Positions 54,007-63,607 of a DNA stretch of 64,000 nt are shown one piece after another (the stretch's first letter is position 1; every line of letters starts with the position of its first letter). Under the pieces are notes generated by a model. The model searched no databases and was not told the origin of the DNA. It was given only the letters and a program-made list of their open reading frames with translations. The translations under genes and the position numbers were made by a program. Source of the stretch: Candidatus Nealsonbacteria bacterium DGGOD1a (GTDB taxonomy: Bacteria; Patescibacteriota; Minisyncoccia; Minisyncoccales; UBA5738); the NCBI GenBank assembly GCA_022530585.1, contig CP092821.1, forward strand, positions 134,222 to 198,221. The letters are read 5' to 3'.

Positions 54007-55749
54007 ATGCCAAACAATCAGCTGGCCAAAATTTTTTATGAGATTGCCGATATGCTCGATGCCGACAATACGCCGTTTAAGCCGTTTTCTTATCGCAAGG
54101 CCGCCCGCGCTCTGGCCGATTTGAAAGATGATGTCGCCGAAATTTATCGGCGCGGCGGTTTGAAGGCGATTGAAGAAATTCCGGGAGTCGGCGCCAGTAT
54201 CGGCGCGAAAATAGAAGAATATATTCTAAAGGGCGGAATTGATTATTACGAGGCGCAAAAGCGCCGCTTGCCCGCGGATTTGAGCGAAATCGCCGCGGTG
54301 GAGGGGCTGGGCTTCAAAAAAGCCAAGGTTTTATATGAAAAATTGGGCGTGAAAAATTTGGCGGATTTGGAAACCGCGGCGCGCGCCGGAAACATCGCGC
54401 CGCTGTTCGGGTTTGGCGAAAAATCCCAAGCCAATATCTTGCAGGGGATTGAATTCCGCAAATCGTCCGGCGGCCGGTTTTTGCTGGATCAAATCTTGCC
54501 GCGAGCGCTGGCGGTCAAAGATATTTTGGAAAAACACGGCGGCTTGGCGCGGGTGGAAATTGCCGGATCGCTGCGCCGGCGCAAGGAAACCATCGGCGAT
54601 ATCGATCTTTTGGCCGCGATAAAGCCGGGCGCGGACGCGGCCAAGATTATGGATTTTTTCACCGCCCTGCCCGAAATTGAAAAAATCTGGGCCAAAGGGG
54701 CGACGAAATCGTCGGCGAGAACAAAATACGGTTTTGATATGGACTTGCGTTTGGTGCCGCCGGCGTCTTTCGGCGCGGCGTGGCAGTATTTCACCGGCTC
54801 AAAGGATCATAATATCGTTTTGCGGTGCATCGCCAAAGAAAAAGGATTCAAGCTTTCCGAATACGGGTTATTCCGCGGCGCGGAAATGATCGGCGGCGCA
54901 AACGAGGAAGAGATTTATCAAAAATTGGGATTGGAATGGATTTGTCCGGAATTGCGGGAGAACCGCGGCGAGATTGAGGCCGCGCGAAATCATAATTTGC
55001 CCGATTTGATCGGCGATCGCGGTTTGCGCGGCGATCTTCATTGCCATTCGGATTGGAACGGCGGCGACAATTCCATTGAAGAAATCGCCGCCGCCGCGGG
55101 CGCGATGGGCTATGAATATGTCGGCATTGCCGATCACACGAAATTTTTGAGAATTGAAAACGGACTTGATGAAGCGGCGCTGGCGCGGCGCAATCTCGCG
55201 ATTGACGCGCTCAACAAGCGAAACGCCGGTATCCTTGTTTTGAAAGGATGCGAGGCCAATATTATGGCCGACGGAACGATTGATATCGCCGACGAATCGT
55301 TGGCCGAACTTGATTTTGCCATTGCCGGCGTTCATTCGGGTTTAAAAATGAAACGCAAAGAAATGACGGCGCGGATCATTCGCGCGATGGAGAATCCCTG
55401 GGTTGATATCATCTCGCATCCCACTGCAAGATTGCTCAAAAAACGGCCGGAGTGCGAAATTGATTTTGACGCGATTTGCGCCGCGGCGGCGGCGACCGGC
55501 ACGATTTTGGAAATAAATTCCCATCCGGATCGTCTGGATCTAAACGATCGGCATATCCGCATCGCCGCGGCGCGCGGAGTGAAAATGGCAATCAATACCG
55601 ACAGCCACGATGTTTCCCATTTGCGGTTTGCCGAATTCGGCATCGCGCAGGCGCGGCGCGGCTGGGCGGCCGCGAGCGATATTGTTAACGCCTTGCCGTG
55701 GCCGGAAGCAAAGAAAATCTTGAAAAGAAACCGAAAAAGAGTAAATTAA
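54007..55749 (+). CDS. polX: Family X DNA polymerase with C-terminal PHP domain
   Basis: 580 aa; HhH motifs, GSLRRRKETIGDIDLL, PHP HCHSDWNGG ... DSHD. Confidence 0.85.
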   Translation: MPNNQLAKIFYEIADMLDADNTPFKPFSYRKAARALADLKDDVAEIYRRGGLKAIEEIPGVGASIGAKIEEYILKGGIDYYEAQKRRLPADLSEIAAVEGLGFKKAKVLYEKLGVKNLADLETAARAGNIAPLFGFGEKSQANILQGIEFRKSSGGRFLLDQILPRALAVKDILEKHGGLARVEIAGSLRRRKETIGDIDLLAAIKPGADAAKIMDFFTALPEIEKIWAKGATKSSARTKYGFDMDLRLVPPASFGAAWQYFTGSKDHNIVLRCIAKEKGFKLSEYGLFRGAEMIGGANEEEIYQKLGLEWICPELRENRGEIEAARNHNLPDLIGDRGLRGDLHCHSDWNGGDNSIEEIAAAAGAMGYEYVGIADHTKFLRIENGLDEAALARRNLAIDALNKRNAGILVLKGCEANIMADGTIDIADESLAELDFAIAGVHSGLKMKRKEMTARIIRAMENPWVDIISHPTARLLKKRPECEIDFDAICAAAAATGTILEINSHPDRLDLNDRHIRIAAARGVKMAINTDSHDVSHLRFAEFGIAQARRGWAAASDIVNALPWPEAKKILKRNRKRVN

Positions 55750-55762
55750 ACGGCAGGGAGCG
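55681..55762 (+). repeat. Direct repeat copy 1 (native 3' end of polX)
   Basis: ATTGTTAACGCCTTGCCGTGGCCGGAAGCAAAGAAAATCTTGAAAAGAAACCGAAAAAGAGTAAATTAAACGGCAGG.. recurs at 56828-56899 with a 9-nt deletion. Confidence 0.75.
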
Positions 55763-55782
55763 TGCCGGGATTTAAATCATAG

Positions 55783-56613
55783 ATGAAAATACTTTATATT
55801 GACGAATCCGGGGATACAGCGCCATTGTTTCAAGAGGGGAGCAGAATTTTGGTTTTGACGGGGTGTATCATTGATGAAAACGACAAAAGATAAATTGACG
55901 CGCGCCTGCGCGGAATAAAGATAAAGTTTTACCAGAATACGGAAATTGAATTTAAATCTAATTTTTTGCGCTACGCAAATCCGAAAATTAACAATCCAAA
56001 AATAAATTCGCCGATAAAGCTGTTTGACCAAGCCCAATATGACGCGTTGCAAAAAGAAATTCAGTTGTTTTTAAAAGAAATTCCGGTTTCTTTGATTTCG
56101 GTGGTGATTGATAAAAAAGGTTATTGGACAAAATATCCGTCTCAAAATCCCTACCATGCGGCTTATATTTTTCTTTTGGAAAGATTCCAAACTTACCTGA
56201 ACTGTGAAAATGCGGCTGGAATTTGCATTATTGATCCGCGCGAGGGAAGAGTGGTTGATAAAAGAAACATAGATAAAGAATTAAACGATATCCATCGGCT
56301 TCTCCAGTGGGAGAAGGGCGGATTTTGGAAGCCGTGCCCAAGAATTATTGAAAAAGTTTTATTTTCCGATTCATCTCTGACAACTGGGATTCAAATTGCC
56401 GACTTATATTGTTATCCTGTTTACCATATTTTTCAATATGACAAACAAGGGAAAGAATATGATTGGTTCAACGGAATTACTAAACCTAAATTTTACTATC
56501 ATTTAAAACGCATCGAATCAACAAACCTGAAACAAATCGAACCGGTTATCGATGGCACGGGATTAAAATTTTTTCCGACTGAAACAAAAAAGGACTTCCG
56601 ATTTTATCAGTAG
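55783..56613 (+). pseudogene. DUF3800-like gene interrupted by one in-frame TAA (55891-55893)
   Basis: MKILYIDESGD start typical of DUF3800 (from memory); frame continues through TAA into the 55966-56613 ORF. Confidence 0.55.
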
Positions 56614-56827
56614 TCCGCTTTTGATGGGCGAGGTCTTTTGCCTCCTCGACCAATTATATTTTAACATAGAGAGTAATTTATTGTCAAATTTATCTTTAAA
56701 CTTATAGTATTGCATCAAAATTTTCCGACAAATCCTTATGAAATTCTTGATCCGGCAATCCGGTGGTTTTTGGCGGATGATAATTCGCGCGACAAGGACG
56801 ATGAAAAGCGGTTGCCGCCGCTGTGGC

Positions 56828-56899
56828 ATTGTTAACGCCTTGGAAGCAAAGAAAATCTTGAAAAGAAACCGAAAAAGAGTAAATTAAACGGCAGGAGCG
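56828..56899 (+). repeat. Direct repeat copy 2 (duplicated polX 3' end)
   Basis: See 55681-55762. Confidence 0.75.
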
Positions 56900-56927
56900 C
56901 GTTATGATTTTAAATTTGCGAAATTGT

Positions 56928-57054
56928 CTTGAACCGCGAGACGCTTTGCATTTTGGGGTCTATCCCTCGCGCTTGTCCCGAGGCTTTCGCGAGGGATAAT
57001 CGCGAGGGTTAGACCCCTTCAATGCATTTGAATTTAATGGTTTCGTAATTCAAA
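56928..57054. repeat. Palindromic intergenic element family A, copy (forward)
   Basis: Near-identical core to 53874-54000; GGTTTCGTAATTCAAAAG ends 6 nt before NUDIX ATG. Confidence 0.75.
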
Positions 57055-57060
57055 AGAAAT

Positions 57061-57507
57061 ATGAAATTTGAAAAATCCGCCGGAGCGATAATTTTTCGCG
57101 ATGATAACGGGATCAATAGATTCCTGCTTTTGCGTTATCCGGCGGTTTGCCACCGTTCGGGCCGGGATTATTGGGATTTCGTGAAAGGCCATGTGGAAGC
57201 GGGGGAAAGCGAATTGGAAACGATAATACGCGAAGCCGAGGAAGAAACAGGATTGCGCGACTTGGAATTTGTCCCGGGTTTTTCGCAAAAAATGGAATAT
57301 TTTTTCACCTTTAAAGATCAAAAGATTTTCAAGATCGTTAATTTCCGTTTGGCGCAAACATTTTCAAAAGACATTGTTTTGTCTGATGAGCACAATGATT
57401 TCGCTTGGCGGCCTTATGATGAAGCGTGCGCGGCGTTGTCGTTTGGCAATGCCAAAACGGTTTTAAAAAGCGCGAATGATTTTTTGGAAAAATTAAAAAA
57501 ATTATGA
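57061..57507 (+). CDS. NUDIX hydrolase
   Basis: Nudix box GHVEAGESELETIIREAEEETGL. Confidence 0.85.
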   Translation: MKFEKSAGAIIFRDDNGINRFLLLRYPAVCHRSGRDYWDFVKGHVEAGESELETIIREAEEETGLRDLEFVPGFSQKMEYFFTFKDQKIFKIVNFRLAQTFSKDIVLSDEHNDFAWRPYDEACAALSFGNAKTVLKSANDFLEKLKKL

Positions 57508-58427
57508 GAAAGACAAAAGCGCTGGCGCTGTTTTCCGGCGGATTGGATTCAATGCTGGCGGCCAAGATTTTGGAAGCGCAAGGGATTGCCGCGGTTCCGA
57601 TTTGTTTTGAGAGTTGTTTTTTTTCTTGCGCCGCGGCGCGCGATTCCGCGGCGGCAATCGGAATGAAACTGCGCGTTGAGGATATTTCCCGGCCGCACTT
57701 GGAAATCGTGAGAAATCCGGCGCACGGATACGGCGGCGCGATCAATCCGTGCATTGATTGCCATTTGCTGATGTTAAAAACCGCCAAGGCGATAATGGAC
57801 AAAGAAGGGTTTGATTTTGTGGCCACGGGCGAAGTGCTGGGCGAGCGGCCGATGTCGCAGAACAAGCAATCGCTGGATACCGTGGAGCGGGAATCGGGCT
57901 TGTCCGGAATTTTATTGCGGCCGTTGTCGGCCAAACTCTTGCCGGAAACCGTGTCGGAAACAAACGGCCTTGTCGATCGCGGCCGATTGTGTGATATTTC
58001 CGGCCGGTCGCGCCGGCCGCAAATGGAGATGGCCAAGCAATTCGGCATCATTGATATTCCCCAGCCCGGGGGCGGTTGTATTCTGACCGAAACCGATTAC
58101 GGCCAAAGATTGAGAAAACTTATTTCGATAAAACCCGATTTTGACGGTTCGGACGCGAAAGTTTTGCAAAACTGCCGTCCCGTCTGGGAAGGCGATGTTT
58201 TGTTCGCGGTCGCGCGTAACCAAGCGGATTGCGCCGCGCTGAAAGGCCTGGCCAAGCCCGGCGATACCATATTCGAGCCGCAAAACTTTCCCGGCCCGGT
58301 TGTGCTGGCGCGCAATTTCGGCGCAGAGGCGGGGCAAGAAGAAATTGAGCCGTTGGGGAAAAAATATTTATTGCAATACTCCAAAAAAGCGCCGCAAAAT
58401 CCGAAAATTTCAGTAACAATGATTTAA
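57504..58427 (+). CDS. PP-loop ATP pyrophosphatase family protein (ThiI/MnmA-like tRNA thiolation enzyme candidate)
   Basis: ALFSGGLDS PP-loop; NPCIDCH..; VATGEVLGERPMSQ; ATGA overlap with NUDIX gene. Confidence 0.65.
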   Translation: MRKTKALALFSGGLDSMLAAKILEAQGIAAVPICFESCFFSCAAARDSAAAIGMKLRVEDISRPHLEIVRNPAHGYGGAINPCIDCHLLMLKTAKAIMDKEGFDFVATGEVLGERPMSQNKQSLDTVERESGLSGILLRPLSAKLLPETVSETNGLVDRGRLCDISGRSRRPQMEMAKQFGIIDIPQPGGGCILTETDYGQRLRKLISIKPDFDGSDAKVLQNCRPVWEGDVLFAVARNQADCAALKGLAKPGDTIFEPQNFPGPVVLARNFGAEAGQEEIEPLGKKYLLQYSKKAPQNPKISVTMI

Positions 58428-58448
58428 AAATATCGATGTTCTCATATT

Positions 58449-58608
58449 GGGTTTGTTGCCGAATTGGCTTCAACCGCAATTTCCATTTTTCGGCGGCAAA
58501 GAATTCATCATTCGTCGCCGGATTTAGCTTAAATATGCCTCCTCATTCTTCATTCTTTTCGCTCGAAAACTGAAAATTTCGTTCTGAAGCCAATTCGGCG
58601 ACAGACCC
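58449..58608. mobile_element. 160-bp MITE-like element, family B, copy 2
   Basis: Nearly identical by eye to 33268-33427; flanked by ATATT on both sides. Confidence 0.65.
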
Positions 58609-58731
58609 ATATTAACTTGAATATCACTCAACCCTGGAATAAAGCTAAATTTAAGGGTTCGGCTATTCAACTTAATCAGAGAGGGTCGATAGCATCAATT
58701 TTTTAATCCATATATCCCGAAGATTTTAATA

Positions 58732-58767
58732 TCGATGTAATTTTTGCGATCGCAAGATTTACATCGG
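58732..58767. repeat. Hairpin repeat family C, copy 1
   Basis: TCGATGTAATTTTTGCGATCGCAAGATTTACATCGGA. Confidence 0.6.
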
Positions 58768-58784
58768 AATGTTAGAATATTGTT

Positions 58785-59357
58785 ATGGCTGGGGTTAAAA
58801 GAAATACCGTAAAAACTATTTTGAGATATTTGCTTACGATGGGGCTGATCGCCGTGGCGGCGACAAATCCGAGGTTCGGTCCGTCGCTTTTGCGCGCGGC
58901 AATCCGGGATTATAAATATAAAAATAAATTTAAGAAAAATAATCCGAAAAATTTTTACAGCGCGTTTGCATATTTGCGAAAGAAGGGACTGATTCATATT
59001 GAATATAAAGGCCAGCAGATGTATTTTTCGCTGACCGAGGAGGGTAAAAGGCGTGCCGGAAGATATAAGGTTGACGATCTTAAAATTGAGAAATCAAAGA
59101 AATGGAACGGCAAATGGCACATATTGATTTTTGACATAGAGGACAAGCAAAAAATAAAAAGAGAGGCATTGCGGGGGAAATTAAAAGAATTGGAATTGTA
59201 CCAATTACAAAAAAGCGTTTGGGTTTACCCGTACAGCTTTGGAAAGCAAATCGGGCTTTTAAGGGATTTCTTCGGTTTGACGGACAAAGAGATGAAAATT
59301 ATCATCGCCGATAGCATAGAAAATGATAAACCGATCCGCGATTTTTTCAAGGTCTGA
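58785..59357 (+). CDS. PaaX-like/Cas2-fold-like putative regulator (family common in CPR, function unknown)
   Basis: WNGKWHILIFDIEDKQKIKREALRGKLKELELYQLQKSVWVYPY pattern recalled from PaaX C-domain-like proteins. Confidence 0.45.
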   Translation: MAGVKRNTVKTILRYLLTMGLIAVAATNPRFGPSLLRAAIRDYKYKNKFKKNNPKNFYSAFAYLRKKGLIHIEYKGQQMYFSLTEEGKRRAGRYKVDDLKIEKSKKWNGKWHILIFDIEDKQKIKREALRGKLKELELYQLQKSVWVYPYSFGKQIGLLRDFFGLTDKEMKIIIADSIENDKPIRDFFKV

Positions 59358-59408
59358 TATTTTCCAATCATTTTTAGCTTTTTGAAGTCAAAAATTTAAA
59401 AAACCATT

Positions 59409-59445
59409 CAGATGTAATTTTTGCGATCGCAAGATTTACATTGGA
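59409..59445. repeat. Hairpin repeat family C, copy 2
   Basis: CAGATGTAATTTTTGCGATCGCAAGATTTACATTGG. Confidence 0.6.
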
Positions 59446-59507
59446 ATGGTTGAGGATGAATCAGGTTATAAAAAAGATTTAATACGAAATAAAGTTATGT
59501 TCAAGCT

Positions 59508-60356
59508 ATGAAAACAAATGAGATTTGGGTTAAATCGGCGCTGACAAAATCTCGGTTACCAGATGCGGATTGGGTGGTTAATCCGTATATCGGTTGCGCT
59601 TTCGGTTGCAAGTATTGTTATGCGGCGTTCATCGGCCGCTGGAAACATCCGGATGAAACTTGGGGCGAATTTGTTGATATAAAAACCAATGCGCCGGATA
59701 TTTTGAAAAATGAACTGGAAAAATCAAATAAAAAATTTCAAAGCAAAGATTTTGGTTCCATATTTTTTTCGTCGGTGACCGACCCTTACCAAGGCGCAGA
59801 AAATAAGCATAAAATTACTCGGAATTGCTTGAAAGTTTTGGCAGAATTCGGCTATGAGGGTAAAATTTCAATTTTAACCAAATCGCCGTTAGTTTGCCGA
59901 GATATTGATATTTTTAACAGCTTCAAGAATGTAGAGGTTGGTCTGACGGTAACTTCGCTTGACGATAATGTGGCGCGATTTTTGGAAGGCAACGCGCCGC
60001 CGGTGTCCTTGCGGATAGATGCTTTGAAAACATTGCATGACTCCGGAATTCCAACCTATGCGTTTGTCGGGCCGCTTTTGCCTTATTTCACCGCAAGAAT
60101 CGATAAGCTTGAGGAGATTTTCAGCGGTTTGAAGAATGCCGGCGTAGATAGGGCGTATATTGAACATATCAATTTATCGTCCAAAATCAGAGATCGACTT
60201 TTTAATCATTTGGCGAAAACTCCGGATTTGATTCCGTATTTTAAAAAAGCGCAAACTGACGATTATCGCAAAAATTTGGAAAGAGCAATCTATCCGCTGG
60301 CGGAAAAGAATGGCGTTAAGATTATCGGCGGAAAGGTGATATTGCATGGCCGTTAA
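59508..60356 (+). CDS. Radical SAM protein (SplB/DNA-photolyase-like, COG1533 type)
   Basis: NPYIGCAFGCKYCYA CxxxCxxC cluster near N-terminus. Confidence 0.75.
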   Translation: MKTNEIWVKSALTKSRLPDADWVVNPYIGCAFGCKYCYAAFIGRWKHPDETWGEFVDIKTNAPDILKNELEKSNKKFQSKDFGSIFFSSVTDPYQGAENKHKITRNCLKVLAEFGYEGKISILTKSPLVCRDIDIFNSFKNVEVGLTVTSLDDNVARFLEGNAPPVSLRIDALKTLHDSGIPTYAFVGPLLPYFTARIDKLEEIFSGLKNAGVDRAYIEHINLSSKIRDRLFNHLAKTPDLIPYFKKAQTDDYRKNLERAIYPLAEKNGVKIIGGKVILHGR

Positions 60357-60364
60357 AAATTGAA

Positions 60365-60399
60365 CCGATGTAATTTTTGCGATAGCAAAAATTACATCG
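60365..60399. repeat. Hairpin repeat family C, copy 3 (perfect 15-bp stem)
   Basis: CCGATGTAATTTTTGC-GATA-GCAAAAATTACATCG. Confidence 0.6.
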
Positions 60400-60421
60400 T
60401 AATTATCAAATATTTTGATTT

Positions 60422-60796
60422 ATGGTTATGACATTTAAACAAAAAGTTTTTGCCGCGGTTAAAAAAATTCCCCGGGGTGGGACATTGAGCTATAAACAGG
60501 TGGCCGAAATGGCGGGAAGTCCTTTGGCCTGCCGGGCGGTGGGAAATATTTTGCGTGCCAATTATGATCCGGCGATTCCCTGCCACCGGGTTGTCCGATC
60601 CGACGGCAAAACCGGCGGTTACAACCGCGGCGCGGAAGCGAAGAAAGAAATATTAAAGTCGGAGTGTGGATTTTGCAGGGGCGTTCCGTGTAATCGCCCG
60701 GATTGGCATTTCAACGCGGGCGAAAACATGGTTTCGCCCCTACGAATTGGTGCGCGCGATGGCAACGCCGATGACTTTCGCCGCGCCCGCGCGTGA
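60422..60796 (+). CDS. MGMT/Ogt-family DNA-binding domain protein
   Basis: IPRGGTLSYKQVAEMAG..RAVGNILRAN..IPCHRVV; the last ~45 aa look non-native and overlap comF on the other strand. Confidence 0.75.
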   Translation: MVMTFKQKVFAAVKKIPRGGTLSYKQVAEMAGSPLACRAVGNILRANYDPAIPCHRVVRSDGKTGGYNRGAEAKKEILKSECGFCRGVPCNRPDWHFNAGENMVSPLRIGARDGNADDFRRARA

Positions 60797-61426
60797 TAGG
60801 ACGCGGGCGCATTCGTTGATGGTCGCTCCGGTCGTAATCACATCGTCGACGATGAGCACCGGTTTATTTTTGAAAGGAGCGTTGTTCGCGCAAGCAAACG
60901 CTTCTTTTATATTTGTCAGGCGTTCGGCTTGTCCCAGATCGGCTTGATTTTTTGTTTCCAAAACCCGCGCCAGACAATTTCCCGCGACCGGAGCATCCAA
61001 AAGGCGGCCAAGTTCGCGGGCGATAATATCGGCTTGGTTGAATCCGCGCCAGCGCAATCTTTTTTCGGCCAGCGGCACGGGCACGATAACAAATTCGCGA
61101 AGATTAAAATTTTGTTCGGCGAGTTTGAAATGGCCGGCGATCAGTTCGGCCAGCGGGCATGCCAATTCTTTGCGGAAGGGCTCGTATTTCAATCCGCGGA
61201 TCATTTTTTGGACATACTTGTTTTCATAGCCGCAGGCCGCGAAAATATCGGCCAGATATTTATGATTCCGGTCGGGCCGATGCACGCGGGAAATATCAAA
61301 CAGCGTTTGGCAATCGGCGCAAAGAAGATCGCCGTATCTTTTGCAGATAAAACAGCGCGTCGGAAAAAATATTTCTTTGGCTTGTCCGCCGATGCTTTTC
61401 CACAGACTGTTTCTTTTGTTTTGCAT
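60740..61426 (-). CDS. comF: ComF-family phosphoribosyltransferase
   Basis: N-terminal CFICKR..LCADC zinc finger, RGFNQADIIAREL, PRTase VLIVDDVITTGATI; ATG 61426 preferred. Confidence 0.8.
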   Translation of the reverse strand: MQNKRNSLWKSIGGQAKEIFFPTRCFICKRYGDLLCADCQTLFDISRVHRPDRNHKYLADIFAACGYENKYVQKMIRGLKYEPFRKELACPLAELIAGHFKLAEQNFNLREFVIVPVPLAEKRLRWRGFNQADIIARELGRLLDAPVAGNCLARVLETKNQADLGQAERLTNIKEAFACANNAPFKNKPVLIVDDVITTGATINECARVLSRAGAAKVIGVAIARTNS

Positions 61427-61583
61427 TTGGTTGTATGATATAATTATAATATGTAATTCAAAATGGAAAATCAAAATGCGCATCGCATTTTAAGATATAA
61501 AATTTTTTAATCTGATTTTTCATTTTTCCCGCCATTGCGGGATGCGCGCGGGGCGCAGATATTTAATTTTTAAATTTTTTCCC

Positions 61584-62681
61584 GTGTTGCCAAAACTTTT
61601 CGCGAAAAAATTTTTAGGCATCGATATCGGCACTTCGTCGATCAGGTTGGTGGAACTTGAGAAATCCGGCCAGGTGTTTGGTTTATCCAATTACGGCCAG
61701 ATAGATATTGATCAGATCGAGAGCGACATCCCCAAACTGTCAAAGAGGGCGGTGTCGGTTTTTTCCACCGGCGAAATCGCGGAAATGATTCAGGCCGTAT
61801 CGGCCGCCGCCAAGATTCACACGCGGCAATGCGCTTTTTCCATTCCGGATTTTTCAACTTTTTTCACCGCTTTTTGTTTGCCGCCGATGACCAAAAAAGA
61901 ACTTCCCGAGGCGGTGATGTATGAAGCGCGCCAGCACATTCCCTTGCCGGTGGAGAGCGTGAATATCGATTGGCAACTGGTCGGAGGCGTACCGGGATCG
62001 TCCGAAAAACTGGAAGTTACCGTGGCGGCCATACCCAATGAGATTATCGCCCAATACCGCGAAATTGCCGCGAAGGCAAAATTGGAAGTGGTGTTGATGG
62101 AAGCGGAGATGTTTGGTTTGGCCCAAGCTTTGGTCCCCAAAAAAGAAGAGCGTTGCGTTTGCCTCATTGATATCGGCTCTCAAAGCACGGTTTGCAGCTT
62201 GGTTGAAAAGCAAATATTGAGATATTCCCACAGTTTTGACCGGGGAAGCGGTTATTTGACCGATGAGCTTGTGCGGCGCTTGCCGGTAAACCATGAAGTT
62301 GCGATAAGAATCAAAGAAAATTACGGGTTGAAAATGATTTCCATGATTGAACCGGGAATCAGGGAAAGGGTCAAGGCCGACTTTCGCGACGCGCTGTTGC
62401 CGATTTTTCGGGAAATCGAAACAATGTTTGGCAGTTATCGGAGATTTTCCAATTCCGAAGTCGTTAAAATAATACTTTCGGGAGGTATCGGCGCGAATAT
62501 GGAGATAAAAGATATTTTTGCCGATTATTTTAAGAAAGAGGTCGAGATCGCCGATCCGTTCAAAAACATTGATCATTCGGCCGCGATTGAAAAAAATTTG
62601 AAGAGTATCGGTCCGGTTTACGCGGTTGCGGCCGGGATGGCCCAACGAGGATTGGAATTTTCCAAACGGCGCAAAAAATAA
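61584..62681 (+). CDS. pilM: PilM-like protein, second copy
   Basis: KKFLGIDIGTSSIRLVEL, IDIGSQSTV, ILSGGIGANM; GTG 61584/TTG 61587 more plausible than ATG 61542. Confidence 0.7.
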   Translation: MLPKLFAKKFLGIDIGTSSIRLVELEKSGQVFGLSNYGQIDIDQIESDIPKLSKRAVSVFSTGEIAEMIQAVSAAAKIHTRQCAFSIPDFSTFFTAFCLPPMTKKELPEAVMYEARQHIPLPVESVNIDWQLVGGVPGSSEKLEVTVAAIPNEIIAQYREIAAKAKLEVVLMEAEMFGLAQALVPKKEERCVCLIDIGSQSTVCSLVEKQILRYSHSFDRGSGYLTDELVRRLPVNHEVAIRIKENYGLKMISMIEPGIRERVKADFRDALLPIFREIETMFGSYRRFSNSEVVKIILSGGIGANMEIKDIFADYFKKEVEIADPFKNIDHSAAIEKNLKSIGPVYAVAAGMAQRGLEFSKRRKK

Positions 62682-62744
62682 TTTGGCAGTCGCGCCCGAT
62701 TTTTGGCGGTCCGGCGATTCATCGCAATTAATTTTTATAAATTA

Positions 62745-62872
62745 CTTTGAATTACGAAATCATTAAATTCAAATATTGTTGAAGGGGTTTAACCCTTGCG
62801 ATTATCCCTCGCGAAAGCCTCGGGACAAGCGCGAGGGATAGGCCTCGAATACAAAGCGTTTCGTGATTCAAG
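62745..62872. repeat. Palindromic intergenic element family A, copy (inverted orientation)
   Basis: Reverse complement aligns with 53874-54000; CAAAGCGTTTCGTGATTCAAG faces the downstream gene. Confidence 0.75.
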
Positions 62873-62890
62873 AAAATTATTTTTAAAAAT

Positions 62891-63418
62891 ATGGATATAT
62901 CAACTAAAAAAAAATCAGGATTTTCTTTGGAAAACGCGGCATTTTATATTTCGCTGCTGTTGTTCGCGGCGGTTGTCGGCGGATTTTTTTACTTGGGCCA
63001 TCTGATTACCCAAAAAGAAGGAGAGTTTGCCGAAGCCAGTGTTCAAGCCGCCAAAATAAAAACCGAGGGACAAAAGAATTTGGAAGACAAGATGTTGCTT
63101 TTCCGGCAGAAGTTGGATGATTTTTCCAATATTTTGGCCAATCGGAAAATCAGCACCGGATTTTTTGGCAAACTCGAAAGCGCGGTTCTGCCGGAAGTAT
63201 ATTTTTCCGATTGCGAGCTTGATTTGGATAAGATGACCGCCGGTCTTTCGGGCCACGCGGATAATTTTCAGGCGCTGGGGCAGCAAATAATGTTATTCGA
63301 AAATTCCAAAAACAATATTAAAAAAGTGAATCTCGGAAAAGTCGATATCAATAAAGAGGGAGGTATTGACTTTGATGTCAGTTTTGAAGTCGCTTCAGGC
63401 ATGGTCGCTTCAAAGTGA
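62891..63418 (+). CDS. PilN-like protein, second copy
   Basis: 175 aa, N-terminal TM (AAFYISLLLFAAVVGGFFYLG), coiled coil, position after pilM-like. Confidence 0.5.
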   Translation: MDISTKKKSGFSLENAAFYISLLLFAAVVGGFFYLGHLITQKEGEFAEASVQAAKIKTEGQKNLEDKMLLFRQKLDDFSNILANRKISTGFFGKLESAVLPEVYFSDCELDLDKMTAGLSGHADNFQALGQQIMLFENSKNNIKKVNLGKVDINKEGGIDFDVSFEVASGMVASK

Positions 63419-63607
63419 CCGGCTTGAATTTTCCTTCCAAAAAGTTGATTTTGCCGCGCGGCGGCAATAAAAAAATACATTGATGCCGGGGTATTAACCC
63501 CGCCATCAACCAAAGGATGTTTCCTTTGGAATCCTCATTCTTTTTGTCCCCCGCGGCAAGTTGACGGGGTATAAAAAGAATAAACTTAAAAATATAATAT
63601 ATTTCAT

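Noticed and set aside
56640-56830. The short frame FPTNPYEILDPAIRWFLADDNSRDKDDEKRLPPLW as a gene.
   Set aside because: It has no start codon and runs into the duplicated polX end. It is probably a fragment carried in with the insertion, and it is mentioned only within the DUF3800 finding.
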